DNA of 64,000 nucleotides from an uncultured Acidobacteriota bacterium. GTDB taxonomy: Bacteria; Actinomycetota; Acidimicrobiia; Spongiisociales; ZC4RG35. The translations under genes were made by a program, and so were the position numbers. Each line of letters starts with the position of its first letter. Positions within the stretch are counted from its first letter, which is position 1. Shown piece after piece: positions 18,366-27,812 of this stretch. The stretch is from the NCBI GenBank assembly GCA_963837055.1, contig CAWILU010000006.1, positions 192,389 through 256,388 on the forward strand, read 5' to 3'. The notes beneath the pieces are model-generated. The model was not told the DNA's origin. It saw only the letters and a program-made list of their open reading frames with translations, and did no database searches.

Positions 18366-19856
18366 ATGCCGGAAGGGCCGCTGCGGGTGTCGATGACCAT
18401 CGACCCGGACGCCGTCATGGCCCCGGTCAACCGTCGGGTGTTCGGCTCGTTCGTGGAGCACATGGGCCGGGGCGTGTACGGGGGTTTGTACGAGCCGGAT
18501 CACCCCCATGCAGACGAAGACGGCTACCGCACCGATGTCCTGGCCCTCGTGAGAGAGTTGGGGGTGAGCATCGTCCGCTACCCGGGTGGGAACTTCGTTT
18601 CCGGCTACCGCTGGGAGGACGGCGTGGGGCCGGTTGGCGGGCGCCCGGCTCGATTCGACCGGGCGTGGCGGAGCATCGAGCCCAACGTGTTCGGCCTCGA
18701 CGAGTTCGCCCGCTGGGCGACCAAGGCGGGGACCGACGTCATGCTGGCCGTCAATCTCGGGACACGAGGCGCCCAGCAGGCGGCAGAGCTGGTGGAATAT
18801 GCCAACGTCAGTCGTGGGAGCAGGCTCTCGGACCTGCGCCGGCGCCACGGTCGAGAACAGCCCTATGGGGTCAGGACCTGGTGCCTCGGAAACGAGATGG
18901 ACGGCCCGTGGCAGATCGGCCAGAAGTCTGCCGAGGAGTACGGGCGGCTTGCCTTAAAGACCGCCAATGCGATGCGGGCGATCGACCCCACCCTGGAGCT
19001 CGTGGCATGTGGCAGCTCCGCGAGATCGATGCCCAGCTTCGGCACCTGGGATGATACGGTGCTGGAGCATTGCTACGAGGCCGTCGATCTGATCTCGGCC
19101 CACGGCTACTACGACCCCGAGGCCTCCGACCTACCCAGCTTCGTCGCTTCATCGGCAGCGATGGACGAGCACATCCGACAGGTCGTGACGATCGCCGATC
19201 GAGTCGGGCGGAGAAAGGGGATGGCCAAGCGGCTTGGGATCTCATTCGACGAGTGGAACGTCTGGTACATGGGGCGCCATGAGTCGCAGGAGTCCACCCC
19301 CGAGTGGAGGCGAGCGCCACGACTGTGTGAGGACGACTACACGAGCACCGACGCCGTGGTGGTGGGATCCCTCCTGATCACACTGCTCCGTCACGGGGAC
19401 CGGGTGGCCCTCGCCTGCCAGGCTCAACTGGTCAACACCATCGCACCGATCCACACCGAGCCGAACGAGCCGGCGCGGCGCCAGGCCATCTTCCACCCGT
19501 TCGCTCTCACTTCACGTCATGCAGTCGGTGATGTCGTCCACTCCGTTGCCCTCGGCCCGACTGTGCAGACCCGAGTTCACGGCGAGGTCCCGGTCTTCGA
19601 CGGGGTGGTGACCCGCGACAACGCCACCGGGGCTTTCACCTCGTTCTCCGTGAACCGCTCGACCACGGATCCGATTCAGCTCGCTGTCAATCTGAGCTCT
19701 CTCCCCGAGGTTCGAGTCGTCGAGCATGTTCTCCTCGATGGCGGCAAGACGGGGGCCAGGGAGCCTCACCCGGCCCCGTGGGAGCATGCCGGCGGAGAGG
19801 TGGCCCTGCTCCTCCCACCCGTCTCCTGGTCGATGATCCGACTCGCCACGACCTGA
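18366..19856 (+). CDS. abfA: Alpha-L-arabinofuranosidase, GH51
   Basis: FGSFVEHMGRGVYGGLYEP, RYPGGNFVSGYRWEDG, and CLGNEMDGPWQIG (acid/base Glu region). Confidence 0.85.
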   Translation: MPEGPLRVSMTIDPDAVMAPVNRRVFGSFVEHMGRGVYGGLYEPDHPHADEDGYRTDVLALVRELGVSIVRYPGGNFVSGYRWEDGVGPVGGRPARFDRAWRSIEPNVFGLDEFARWATKAGTDVMLAVNLGTRGAQQAAELVEYANVSRGSRLSDLRRRHGREQPYGVRTWCLGNEMDGPWQIGQKSAEEYGRLALKTANAMRAIDPTLELVACGSSARSMPSFGTWDDTVLEHCYEAVDLISAHGYYDPEASDLPSFVASSAAMDEHIRQVVTIADRVGRRKGMAKRLGISFDEWNVWYMGRHESQESTPEWRRAPRLCEDDYTSTDAVVVGSLLITLLRHGDRVALACQAQLVNTIAPIHTEPNEPARRQAIFHPFALTSRHAVGDVVHSVALGPTVQTRVHGEVPVFDGVVTRDNATGAFTSFSVNRSTTDPIQLAVNLSSLPEVRVVEHVLLDGGKTGAREPHPAPWEHAGGEVALLLPPVSWSMIRLATT

Positions 19857-19911
19857 AAGGCTGCAGAATTTCACCGGAATCAGCTGCATCGCCGCGGAGC
19901 GGCTGGCTATG

Positions 19912-19952
19912 TTGAAATCGTTATCGACATCGTTTTCTGACAACGATTTCAA
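19912..19952. promoter_or_regulatory. Candidate LacI-family operator pair / 11-bp inverted repeat upstream of the lacI-type gene
   Basis: TTGAAATCGTT (19912..19922) and AACGATTTCAA (19942..19952). Each arm sits in a CG-centred pseudo-palindrome such as TGTTGAAATCGTTATCGACA. Confidence 0.45.
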
Positions 19953-19969
19953 CTCGGCGAGGCGGCGGG

Positions 19970-20983
19970 ATGAGGCCATCGACCAACAGAGTGACCATCG
20001 GTGATGTGGCTGCCACCGCCGGGGTCTCGATCGCCACCGTTTCCCGCGTGGTCAACCGTCGTTACGGAGTGGCCCCCGACACGTCGTCCCGGGTACAGGC
20101 GGTGATCGACGATCTGGGATACGAGTCGAGCCTGGTGGCGAGGAGCCTGCGCATCCACCGTACCAGCGTCATCGGGATCATCGTCCCCGACCTCGAGCCG
20201 TTCAGCACCGAGCTGCTCAAGGGGGCGGCCCGGGCCATTCACTCGACAGGCTACGAGCTCATCGTGTGCGCCGGGGACGGCCATGTCGGGGCACAGGTGG
20301 GTTGGGAGCGTCGCTATCTCTCGCGGCTCAACGGCACACTGGCCGATGGGACGCTGCTGGTCACTCCCACTGTCGTCGACGTCGCCCACGCCGCTCCGGT
20401 CGTCGTCATCGACCCCCACGCCGGCGCCTCGCCCCTGCCGACAGTCGCTTCCCAGAACCTCGAGGGGGCGATCACGGCGACCGACTACTTGATCGGTCTG
20501 GGTCACCGCCGGATCGGATTCATCGGCGGCCGTCCCGACCTGGAATCGGCCCGGCTCCGTGAGCAGGGCTACCTCAAGGCGCTCGAGCAGGCCGGGATCG
20601 AGGTAGACCCCGGACTGGTCCGCGTCGGCGAGTACACCCGGGAGGCAACGGAGGGCCCGGCCCATGAGCTGCTCGAGATGAGCCATCCCCCGACCGCGAT
20701 CTTCGCCGCCAACGACGTGTCCGCAATCGCCACGATGGATGTCGCGCATTCGCTCGGGCTCTCGGTGCCGGATGACCTGTCGGTGATCGGCTTCGACAAC
20801 ATCCTCGAGTCGGCGCTGTCGTCGCCGTCATTGACCACGATCGACCAGTCCATCCAGGAGATGGGCTACGAGGCGACGCGCCTTCTCGTCGAGCTCATCG
20901 ATGATCCCGACCAGGATCCGGCGCACCTGACCCTTCCCACCGAGTTGGTGGTCCGGCAGTCATGTCGGGCCGTGACCGTCTAG
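19970..20983 (+). CDS. LacI-family transcriptional regulator
   Basis: HTH region VTIGDVAATAGVSIATVSRVVN...ARSLR, followed by a periplasmic-binding-like sugar domain. Confidence 0.9.
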   Translation: MRPSTNRVTIGDVAATAGVSIATVSRVVNRRYGVAPDTSSRVQAVIDDLGYESSLVARSLRIHRTSVIGIIVPDLEPFSTELLKGAARAIHSTGYELIVCAGDGHVGAQVGWERRYLSRLNGTLADGTLLVTPTVVDVAHAAPVVVIDPHAGASPLPTVASQNLEGAITATDYLIGLGHRRIGFIGGRPDLESARLREQGYLKALEQAGIEVDPGLVRVGEYTREATEGPAHELLEMSHPPTAIFAANDVSAIATMDVAHSLGLSVPDDLSVIGFDNILESALSSPSLTTIDQSIQEMGYEATRLLVELIDDPDQDPAHLTLPTELVVRQSCRAVTV

Positions 20984-21018
20984 ACCGAAATCGAGGAGGA
21001 GAACCACCAGACCCTGAC

Positions 21019-21035
21019 TGAAAACGATTACAACG
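21019..21035. promoter_or_regulatory. Candidate LacI-family operator upstream of the sugar ABC operon
   Basis: TGAAAACGATTACAACG resembles TGAAATCGTTATCGAC at 19913..19928 (shared pattern TGAAAnCGnTnnCnAC). Confidence 0.35.
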
Positions 21036-21060
21036 ACGGAGGCAAGCGAAGGAGGAACAT

Positions 21061-22436
21061 GTGGAACCGGTGAGACGATCCATGGCGATCATCGCCATCC
21101 TGGCCCTGGTCCTGGCCGCCTGTGGCGGTGGAGGGACCACCGAGGACGCGACCACCACTACCGAGCGGCGCGGTGACCGAGACGACGGCGGTCGAGGCGG
21201 CGACCACAACCGCCGCAGCCGAGGAGCCGGCGGAGGAGGTCACGATCGAGTGGTGGCACATCCAGAACACAGACCCGATGATGACGTTGTGGCAGGACAT
21301 GGCCAACGAGTTCATGGAGGCCAATCCCAACGTCCAGATCAACATCACAGTGATGGAGAACGAGGCGTTCAAGGCGGCGCTTCAGACCAATCTCCAGGCC
21401 GGTGACGTGCCGGACCTCTTCCAATCCTGGGGTGGCGGTGGCCTCCGTGAGCAGGTGGACGCCGGATTGGTTCAGGACATCACCGACGCTTCCTCCGGGT
21501 TCATCGGCAACTTGAACGAAGGCGCTGTCGGGCTCTACAACGTGGATGGTGTCCAATACGGCATTCCATTCAACCTGGGAATGGTCGGGTTCTGGTACAA
21601 CAAGGACCTGTTCGCCCAGGCAGGGCATCGATGCACCTCCGGCTACCTGGGACGAGTTCCTCGAGGATGTCCAGGCACTGAAGGACGCCGGGATCACGCC
21701 GATCGCGGTCGGCGCCGGAGACAAGTGGCCGGCTCACTTCTACTACTCGTATCTGATGATCCGAGAGGGTGGCGAGGCGGCGATGGAAACCGTGACGGAG
21801 ACGCTTGACTTCAACACGCCCGAGTTCATCGAGGCCGGAAATCAATTGCAGCGTCTCATCGACATGGAGCCCTTCCAGCCGGGCTTCCTGGCCGCGCCGT
21901 GGGATGCTCCCGACGGTGAGTCGGGGACGATCGGCACTGGAGCAGCCGCGATCAGCCTGATGGGTCAATGGGGACCGGGCGCCTATGCCAACCAGTCGGG
22001 CATCGGGACCCCTGAGGACCCGATCGAGGAGCGGCTCCCCGCTGAGTTCGGCTGGTTCCCGTTCCCGGCGGTCGAAGGTGGTGCCGGCGCTGCGACCGAC
22101 GGTTTCGGTGGCGGCGACGGGTTTGCTGTCGGCAAAGATGCGCCACCAGAGGCAGTTCAGTTCCTGGAATACATCAGTGCCGTCGAGCAGGCGATTCGGA
22201 CCGGCGAGACAGGGACCACCCTTCCGGTCACCGCTGGCGCCGAGGTGTCCGTGACCGATCCGTTGCAGCAGGAGGTGCTGGCGGGACTGGGACAGGCGGG
22301 CTTCGTCCAGCTCTACCTGGACCAATACTTCTCGCCTGAGCTCGGGGCTGCGGTCAATGACGCGGTGGCGACCCTGTTCGCCGGTGAGGCGACGCCGGAG
22401 GACGTCACTCAGGCCATCACGGACGCAGCTGGTTAG
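21061..22436 (+). pseudogene. Sugar ABC transporter substrate-binding lipoprotein, disrupted by two +1 frameshifts
   Basis: Signal/lipobox VEPVRRSMAIIAILALVLAACGG is in frame 1, after AAGGAGGA. The N-domain is in frame 2 (VTIEWWHIQNT...GFWYNKDLFAQAG) and the C-domain in frame 3 (IDAPPATWDEFLEDVQALKDAGITPIAVG...). The junctions lie near 21160-21175 and 21621-21630. Confidence 0.75.
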
Positions 22437-22509
22437 ACCATCAGCCGTAATCGTGAGCAAGACAGTGGAGGGCCGCCGCATCGGCGGCCCTCCACCCGCC
22501 GACCCGATC

Positions 22510-23453
22510 GTGACCAGGCATGCAAAAACCGACGGCCCGCGCCCCGGGCGCCATCAGGTCACTCGCCGGGCACAGCGCCGTGGCCTGTGATTGCAGGATT
22601 TCTGCTGCCTGCCCTGGCCCTCTACGCCCTCTTCGTCCTTTACCCGATCACTCAGAGCATCCGCTACAGCGGGTACGACTGGAACGGTCTGGAGCCGCTG
22701 ACCGATTGGGTGGGCTTGCAGAACTTCAAAGACGCTTTCGCCGACCCGTTGTTCATCGAGGCGGTCACTCACAACGCGATAATCATCGGCCTCTCCCTCC
22801 TCCTTCAGATCCCTTTCGCAGTCGCCCTCGCCGTGCTCCTCAGTCGAAACCTGAAGGGCCGCGGAGTGTTCCGGACCATGTACTTCGCCCCTTTCATTCT
22901 CTCCGAGGTGGTGACCGGGGTGGTGTGGCGCCAGATCTATCGGCCCGAGGGCCTTTTTGACCAGATCTGGGCCGGTTGGCGCCAACGATCGTGACCAGAG
23001 AGTGGCTGGCCGACCCTCAGATAGCCCTATACAGCCTCTTCTTTGTCATCTCCTGGAAATACTTCGGGTTTCCACATGGTGCTGATCCTGGCCGGTCTGC
23101 AGCTGATCCCCACCGAGCTCGAGGAGGCGGCGTCCATCGACGGGGCCTCGTGGTGGCAGGGCTTCCGTCACGTCACCCTTCCCCTGCTCGGGCCAACCAT
23201 CCGGGTTTCGATGTTCCTATCCATCATCGGCGCTCTGCAGCTCTTCGATCTGGTATGGGTCACCACCAAAGGCGGGCCGGTCAACGCCACCGCCACCATG
23301 GCCACCTACCTGGTCGACTGGGGCTTCCGCAGAACTCAATTCGGCTATGCCAGCGCCATCTCGGTGATCGTCTTCGGGCTTTCCCTCATCGTGGCGATCC
23401 TCTATCAACGATTCGTGTTGAGGCGTGACCTGGAGGGGGCGCTCAGCACATGA
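22510..23453 (+). pseudogene. Sugar ABC transporter permease (MalF/UgpA-like), disrupted by at least two frameshifts
   Basis: Frame 3 reads ...VVWRQIYRPEGLFDQIW then a stop. Frame 2 carries REWLADPQIALYSLFFVISWKYFGF. Frame 3 resumes with HMVLILAGLQLIPTELEEAASIDGASWWQGF (EAA loop). A basic N-terminus in frame 1 (VTRHAKTDG..RRAQRRGL) suggests a third shift near 22585. Confidence 0.7.
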
Positions 23454-23519
23454 CGGCGGTCACAGCTCCGACCAGCAATTCGACCGCGGAAATACGACTT
23501 CGGCCGTGGGCTTCTCTAC

Positions 23520-24311
23520 GTGATCGCTGCCCTGGTCTTACTGGTGATCGTGGTTCCGCTGAGTTTCTCGATCATCGGCGGATTTCGGAGCAACGCCCAA
23601 CTGGCCGCCGACCCGGTGGCACTCCCGAATCCCTGGATCTTCACGAACTACCAGACCGCTCTCACCGACCCGGACTTCTACCAGTGGGTGAAGAACAGCG
23701 TGCTGATCGCGCTGATCACCACGGCCCTGGTCCTCCCCGCCTCGTCCCTGGCCGCGTTCGTGATCGCCCGCTACCGGTTCCGGGGCCGGGAGTTCTTCTT
23801 CGCTCTGTTCACTCTGGGGCTGTTGTTCCCCGTCGCAGTGGCCATCCTTCCTCTGTTCATCACCCTGCGCCAGACCGGCCTGCTCAACAGCCCTCTCGGT
23901 ATCGCCCTCCCCCAGGCGGCGTTCGGGCTGCCCCTCTCGATCGTCATCCTTCGCCCGTTCTTCCGCAGCATCCCCCGTGACCTCGAAGACGCAGCCGCCA
24001 TCGACGGCTGCGGCCCACTGCGCTTCTACTGGTCGGTGATGCTTCCCCTCTCCCGTCCGATTCTGAGCACGATCGCGGTGCTCACCGTGGTTGGAAGCTG
24101 GAATGCCTTCCTGCTCCCGCTCCTGGTCCTGATCCAACCCGATCAGTGGACGCTCCCGCTCGGCATCAACAACATCTCGGCTCAATACGTGACGGACACC
24201 GCAATGATCCTGGCCTACACGACTCTCGCCATGATCCCGGCCTTGATCTTCTACTTCATCGCACAGCGTCAAATAGTGAGCGGGCTCACAGCAGGAGGTG
24301 TCAAGGGATGA
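23520..24311 (+). CDS. Sugar ABC transporter permease (MalG/UgpE-like)
   Basis: EAA loop DLEDAAAIDGCGPLRFYWSVMLPLSRP. Intact from GTG 23520. However, ATG 23450 forms ATGA with the upstream stop in another frame, and frame B reads KYDFGRGLLYVIAAL, so an N-terminal frameshift near 23480-23495 is possible. Confidence 0.7.
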   Translation: MIAALVLLVIVVPLSFSIIGGFRSNAQLAADPVALPNPWIFTNYQTALTDPDFYQWVKNSVLIALITTALVLPASSLAAFVIARYRFRGREFFFALFTLGLLFPVAVAILPLFITLRQTGLLNSPLGIALPQAAFGLPLSIVILRPFFRSIPRDLEDAAAIDGCGPLRFYWSVMLPLSRPILSTIAVLTVVGSWNAFLLPLLVLIQPDQWTLPLGINNISAQYVTDTAMILAYTTLAMIPALIFYFIAQRQIVSGLTAGGVKG

Positions 24312-26686
24312 CCGCGGTCACCGTCGACGGGCAGCAGCCCGCTTACCGCGATCCCGGCCTCTCCTTGGGCGAGCGAGTCGAGAGTCTGCTGGAGATGATG
24401 ACCCTCGAGGAGAAGGTCGCACAATTGGGGAGCGCCTGGGTGTTCCAACTGATCGAGGATGGACGGCTCTCCGAGAACAAGGCCCGCGACCTGCTCGGTG
24501 ACGGTCTCGGCCATGTGACCCGGATCTCCGGGGCGAGCGATCTCGGGGCGGAGGACGTGGCCCAACTTGCCAACGAGATCCAGCGCTTCCTTCTCGAGGA
24601 GACTCGACTCGGCATCCCGGCAATAGTCCACGAGGAGATCTGCTCGGGACTCATGTCGCGCCAGGCCGTCGTCTATCCGCAGGCGATCGGTGTGGCCGCC
24701 ACCTGGGACCCCGACCTCGCTCGGGAGATGGCCGCCGCGGTACGTCGTCAGATGCGAGCCATGGGCGCGCACCACGGTCTGTCCCCGGTCCTCGATGTCG
24801 CAAGGGACCCGCGCTGGGGCCGGACCGAGGAGACCTTCGGGGAGGACCCCTACCTCGTCGCCCGGATGGGAATCGCCTTTGTCGAAGGCCTGCAAGGCGC
24901 GGATCTGACTGAGGGCGTGGTGGCGACCGCCAAGCACTTCGTCGGGTACAGCGCCTCCGAGGGAGGGTTGAACTGGGCCCCGCCCCATCTACCCCCCCGT
25001 GAGCTGAGGGAGGTCTACCTCCATCCATTCGAAGCGGTCGTGGCCGCCGGGGCATGGTCGGTGATGAACGCCTATCACGAGCTCGATGGGATACCTTGCG
25101 GCGCCGACCGCGACCTGCTCACGGTGCTCCTCAGGGAGCATTGGGGATTCGAAGGGACGGTGGTGTCCGACTACTTCGCCGTCAGACAATTGGCCAGTTA
25201 CCACCACGTGGCGCAAGACGCCACGGACGCGGCGGGGACCGCCCTCACCGCCGGGATCGACGTCGAGCTCCCCGGGACCGACTGCTACGGGGCGCCGCTG
25301 ATCGAGGGTGTGAAGAGCGGGACGATCGATCCGGGTGTCGTCGATACCGCGGTGAGGAGGGTCCTGCTGTCGAAATTCGAACTGGGCCTCTTCGAACAGC
25401 CCTTCGTTGATCCTGACGCCGTTTCGACCGTGATCGAGGGACTGTCTGAAGGCGAGCTGGCCCGGCGGATCGCAGTCAACAGCCTGGTTCTTCTGGCCAA
25501 CGACGGCACGCTCCCCATCACCTCTGGAGGCGGGTCGATCGCCGTGATCGGGCCTAACGCGCACGACCCCCGGAATCTCTTCGGTGACTACACCTACCCG
25601 GCCCACATCGAAGCGCTGGTCGACATGCAATCGGGCGACAACGTCTTCGGGGTGCCTTTCTCTGGAGACGTCAGCCTCGAAGGCTCCATGAAACAAGCCC
25701 TCTCCGTCTTCGATGCCCTCCATGACCGTATGGGAGATCGCGTCGGGTACGCCCGGGGTTGTGACGTCGACAGTCAGTCTCGCGATGGGTTCGCCGAGGC
25801 GGTCTCCCTGGCGCAGGATGCAGACCTGGCAGTGCTGGTCATGGGAGACAAGGCGGGCCTGACCAGCGAGTGCACCTCCGGCGAGGGGCGGGACCGTCTC
25901 TCGCTCGATCTTCCCGGCGTGCAGGAGGATCTGGTCCGAGCCGTCATCGAGACCGGGACCCCGGTCATTCTCGTGCTGGTCACCGGCAGGCCATGTGGGA
26001 CCCAGTGGGCCCATGAGCACAGCGCCGCCGTCATTCAGGCCTGGCTACCGGGCGAAGAGGGAGCCGGGGCAATCGCCGACGTGCTCACCGGCGCGGTGAG
26101 CCCGGGCGGGAAACTGCCGATCTCGCACCCGCGGTCGGCAGGGCAGATCCCCGTCTACTACGGGCACAAGGTCTCCGGGGGACGATCGCACTGGAAGGGT
26201 GACTACGTCGACGGCGAGGCCACCCCGCTCTACCCGTTCGGGCACGGTCTGGGGTACACCACATTCGAGGTGTCCGACCTCGAGATGAGCACCGAAGAGG
26301 TCTGGTGGAATGGGGCTATTGCCGCCGCGGCGACCGTGACCAATACCGGCAGCCGGGAAGGCGACGAAGTCGTCCAGCTCTACGTCAGCGACCCGTCAGC
26401 CAGCGTGACCCGTCCTGTCCTGGAGTTGAAGAGCTTCGCCCGGGTGCATCTGCCGGCCGGAGCATCGTGCCGGGTGAACTTCCAGGTCCCGGTCGGCCAG
26501 CTCGGGTTCTACGACCGTGACCTCGAATACGTGGTCGAGCCCGGGTCGGTCGACGTGCTGATCGGGACGTCGTCGACGGACCTCGCGCCGGCAGGATCCG
26601 TCAGTGTCGTGCCGGACCCGACGGGCCGTCCCGTGGTCAAGCGGTTCGATGGGACGACGGAGGTAGTTCCTCTTCGCTCGAGCTGA
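24308..26686 (+). CDS. bglX: Glycoside hydrolase family 3 (beta-glucosidase/beta-xylosidase, BglX-like)
   Basis: MTLEEKVAQLG, DPRWGRTEETFGEDP, GTVVSDYFA (nucleophile region), and a C-terminal fibronectin-like domain. ATGA overlap with the permease stop. Confidence 0.85.
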   Translation: MTAVTVDGQQPAYRDPGLSLGERVESLLEMMTLEEKVAQLGSAWVFQLIEDGRLSENKARDLLGDGLGHVTRISGASDLGAEDVAQLANEIQRFLLEETRLGIPAIVHEEICSGLMSRQAVVYPQAIGVAATWDPDLAREMAAAVRRQMRAMGAHHGLSPVLDVARDPRWGRTEETFGEDPYLVARMGIAFVEGLQGADLTEGVVATAKHFVGYSASEGGLNWAPPHLPPRELREVYLHPFEAVVAAGAWSVMNAYHELDGIPCGADRDLLTVLLREHWGFEGTVVSDYFAVRQLASYHHVAQDATDAAGTALTAGIDVELPGTDCYGAPLIEGVKSGTIDPGVVDTAVRRVLLSKFELGLFEQPFVDPDAVSTVIEGLSEGELARRIAVNSLVLLANDGTLPITSGGGSIAVIGPNAHDPRNLFGDYTYPAHIEALVDMQSGDNVFGVPFSGDVSLEGSMKQALSVFDALHDRMGDRVGYARGCDVDSQSRDGFAEAVSLAQDADLAVLVMGDKAGLTSECTSGEGRDRLSLDLPGVQEDLVRAVIETGTPVILVLVTGRPCGTQWAHEHSAAVIQAWLPGEEGAGAIADVLTGAVSPGGKLPISHPRSAGQIPVYYGHKVSGGRSHWKGDYVDGEATPLYPFGHGLGYTTFEVSDLEMSTEEVWWNGAIAAAATVTNTGSREGDEVVQLYVSDPSASVTRPVLELKSFARVHLPAGASCRVNFQVPVGQLGFYDRDLEYVVEPGSVDVLIGTSSTDLAPAGSVSVVPDPTGRPVVKRFDGTTEVVPLRSS

Positions 26687-27812
26687 GGAGCCACGCCCCC
26701 AGGCCGATAGGCAGCATCAGAGCCGGAACCAGCCACCCGACATAGGGAATGAGCCATATGGCACCGGCAAGCAGAGACCCGACCAGGATCGACCCGTACA
26801 TCCCCCGCCCGCGCGGGAACGCCCGGCCCAGGGCGAGGGCGGCCGGGGCACCGGCTACCAGGGCCAGCACGAACACGACGCCCAGCAGTGCGACGATGAG
26901 GGGGCCGAAGATCGCCAACAGGGGCAAGCTCGCCGACGGTGGGGCAAGTCTGGCGGCCAGCGCGGCGATGCCGGCCACGATCACCGGCGAGAGCATGACC
27001 AGAGCGCCGGACCCAAGGGCACGCCAGGGTCTGGTTCTGACCATCTGAGCGGCGCGGTCGGTACGCCCCGACCATCCCCACCCCACCAACAGAGCAGCGG
27101 CGGTGAGTCCCAAGACGACCAGGAATCGGGTCACGATGCCAAGCGCCCTGATCCTGAGGTTCGCCGGCAACGGCGTCTTGTGCGCCACCACGCCTCCCAC
27201 CGTCGCCTGGTCCAGACCTTCGGCCTCGGATTGGGATCGATAGCCAAGATCGCCCGTCACATCGAGCGGCCCGGTCACGACGAGCCTGTTGACGCTCACG
27301 TCGACGTCTCCACCCACACTGCCGGCCAGCTCGAGGGTCCTTTGCGAGCCTTCGAGGTCCGCTCCGACGGTGCCCGTCGCGCTCATTCGCACTGCCCAGA
27401 TCAGGACGTCACCGTCGATTCGGGACTCGGGGCCCAATTCGACCGTCACCGCGGCGCCAACCACGTCGCCGGACACGGACCCCGACACGGTGAGACGATT
27501 GGCGGAAAACCGCACCGAGCCACCTACATCCCCGCTGATCGTCACGGTGGGTGCCAGCGCCAGCACGCTCCCGGTCACCTCGCCGGTGATGACGACCTCC
27601 TCAGTGGCGAAAGCGGTCAGATCACCTTCGATCCGACCCTCGACCAGTACCCGTGACCCGACGGCATACAGGTCATCGGTGACGACGTCGTTCTCAGGGA
27701 TGACCACGATGTCCGAGGCGGCGGTCTCCGCGGCGTGGGCCGGGCTCGCCATGAGGAGAAGAAAGAGACCCGATGCGGCGGCGCACAGCCCTGCCCTAGA
27801 TGGGAAGCGCAT
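26637..27812 (-). CDS. Secreted beta-helix (bactofilin/DUF583-like repeats) protein with C-terminal multi-TM domain
   Basis: Signal peptide MRFPSRAGLCAAASGLFLLLMASPAHA. Repeats include VEGRIEGDLTAFA..VITGEVTGSV..ISGDVGGSV..VSGSVSGDVV. Four to five C-terminal TM helices. Start ATG 27812 overlaps the nuoN end by 17 nt. Confidence 0.6.
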   Translation of the reverse strand: MRFPSRAGLCAAASGLFLLLMASPAHAAETAASDIVVIPENDVVTDDLYAVGSRVLVEGRIEGDLTAFATEEVVITGEVTGSVLALAPTVTISGDVGGSVRFSANRLTVSGSVSGDVVGAAVTVELGPESRIDGDVLIWAVRMSATGTVGADLEGSQRTLELAGSVGGDVDVSVNRLVVTGPLDVTGDLGYRSQSEAEGLDQATVGGVVAHKTPLPANLRIRALGIVTRFLVVLGLTAAALLVGWGWSGRTDRAAQMVRTRPWRALGSGALVMLSPVIVAGIAALAARLAPPSASLPLLAIFGPLIVALLGVVFVLALVAGAPAALALGRAFPRGRGMYGSILVGSLLAGAIWLIPYVGWLVPALMLPIGLGAWLLSSSEEELPPSSHRTA

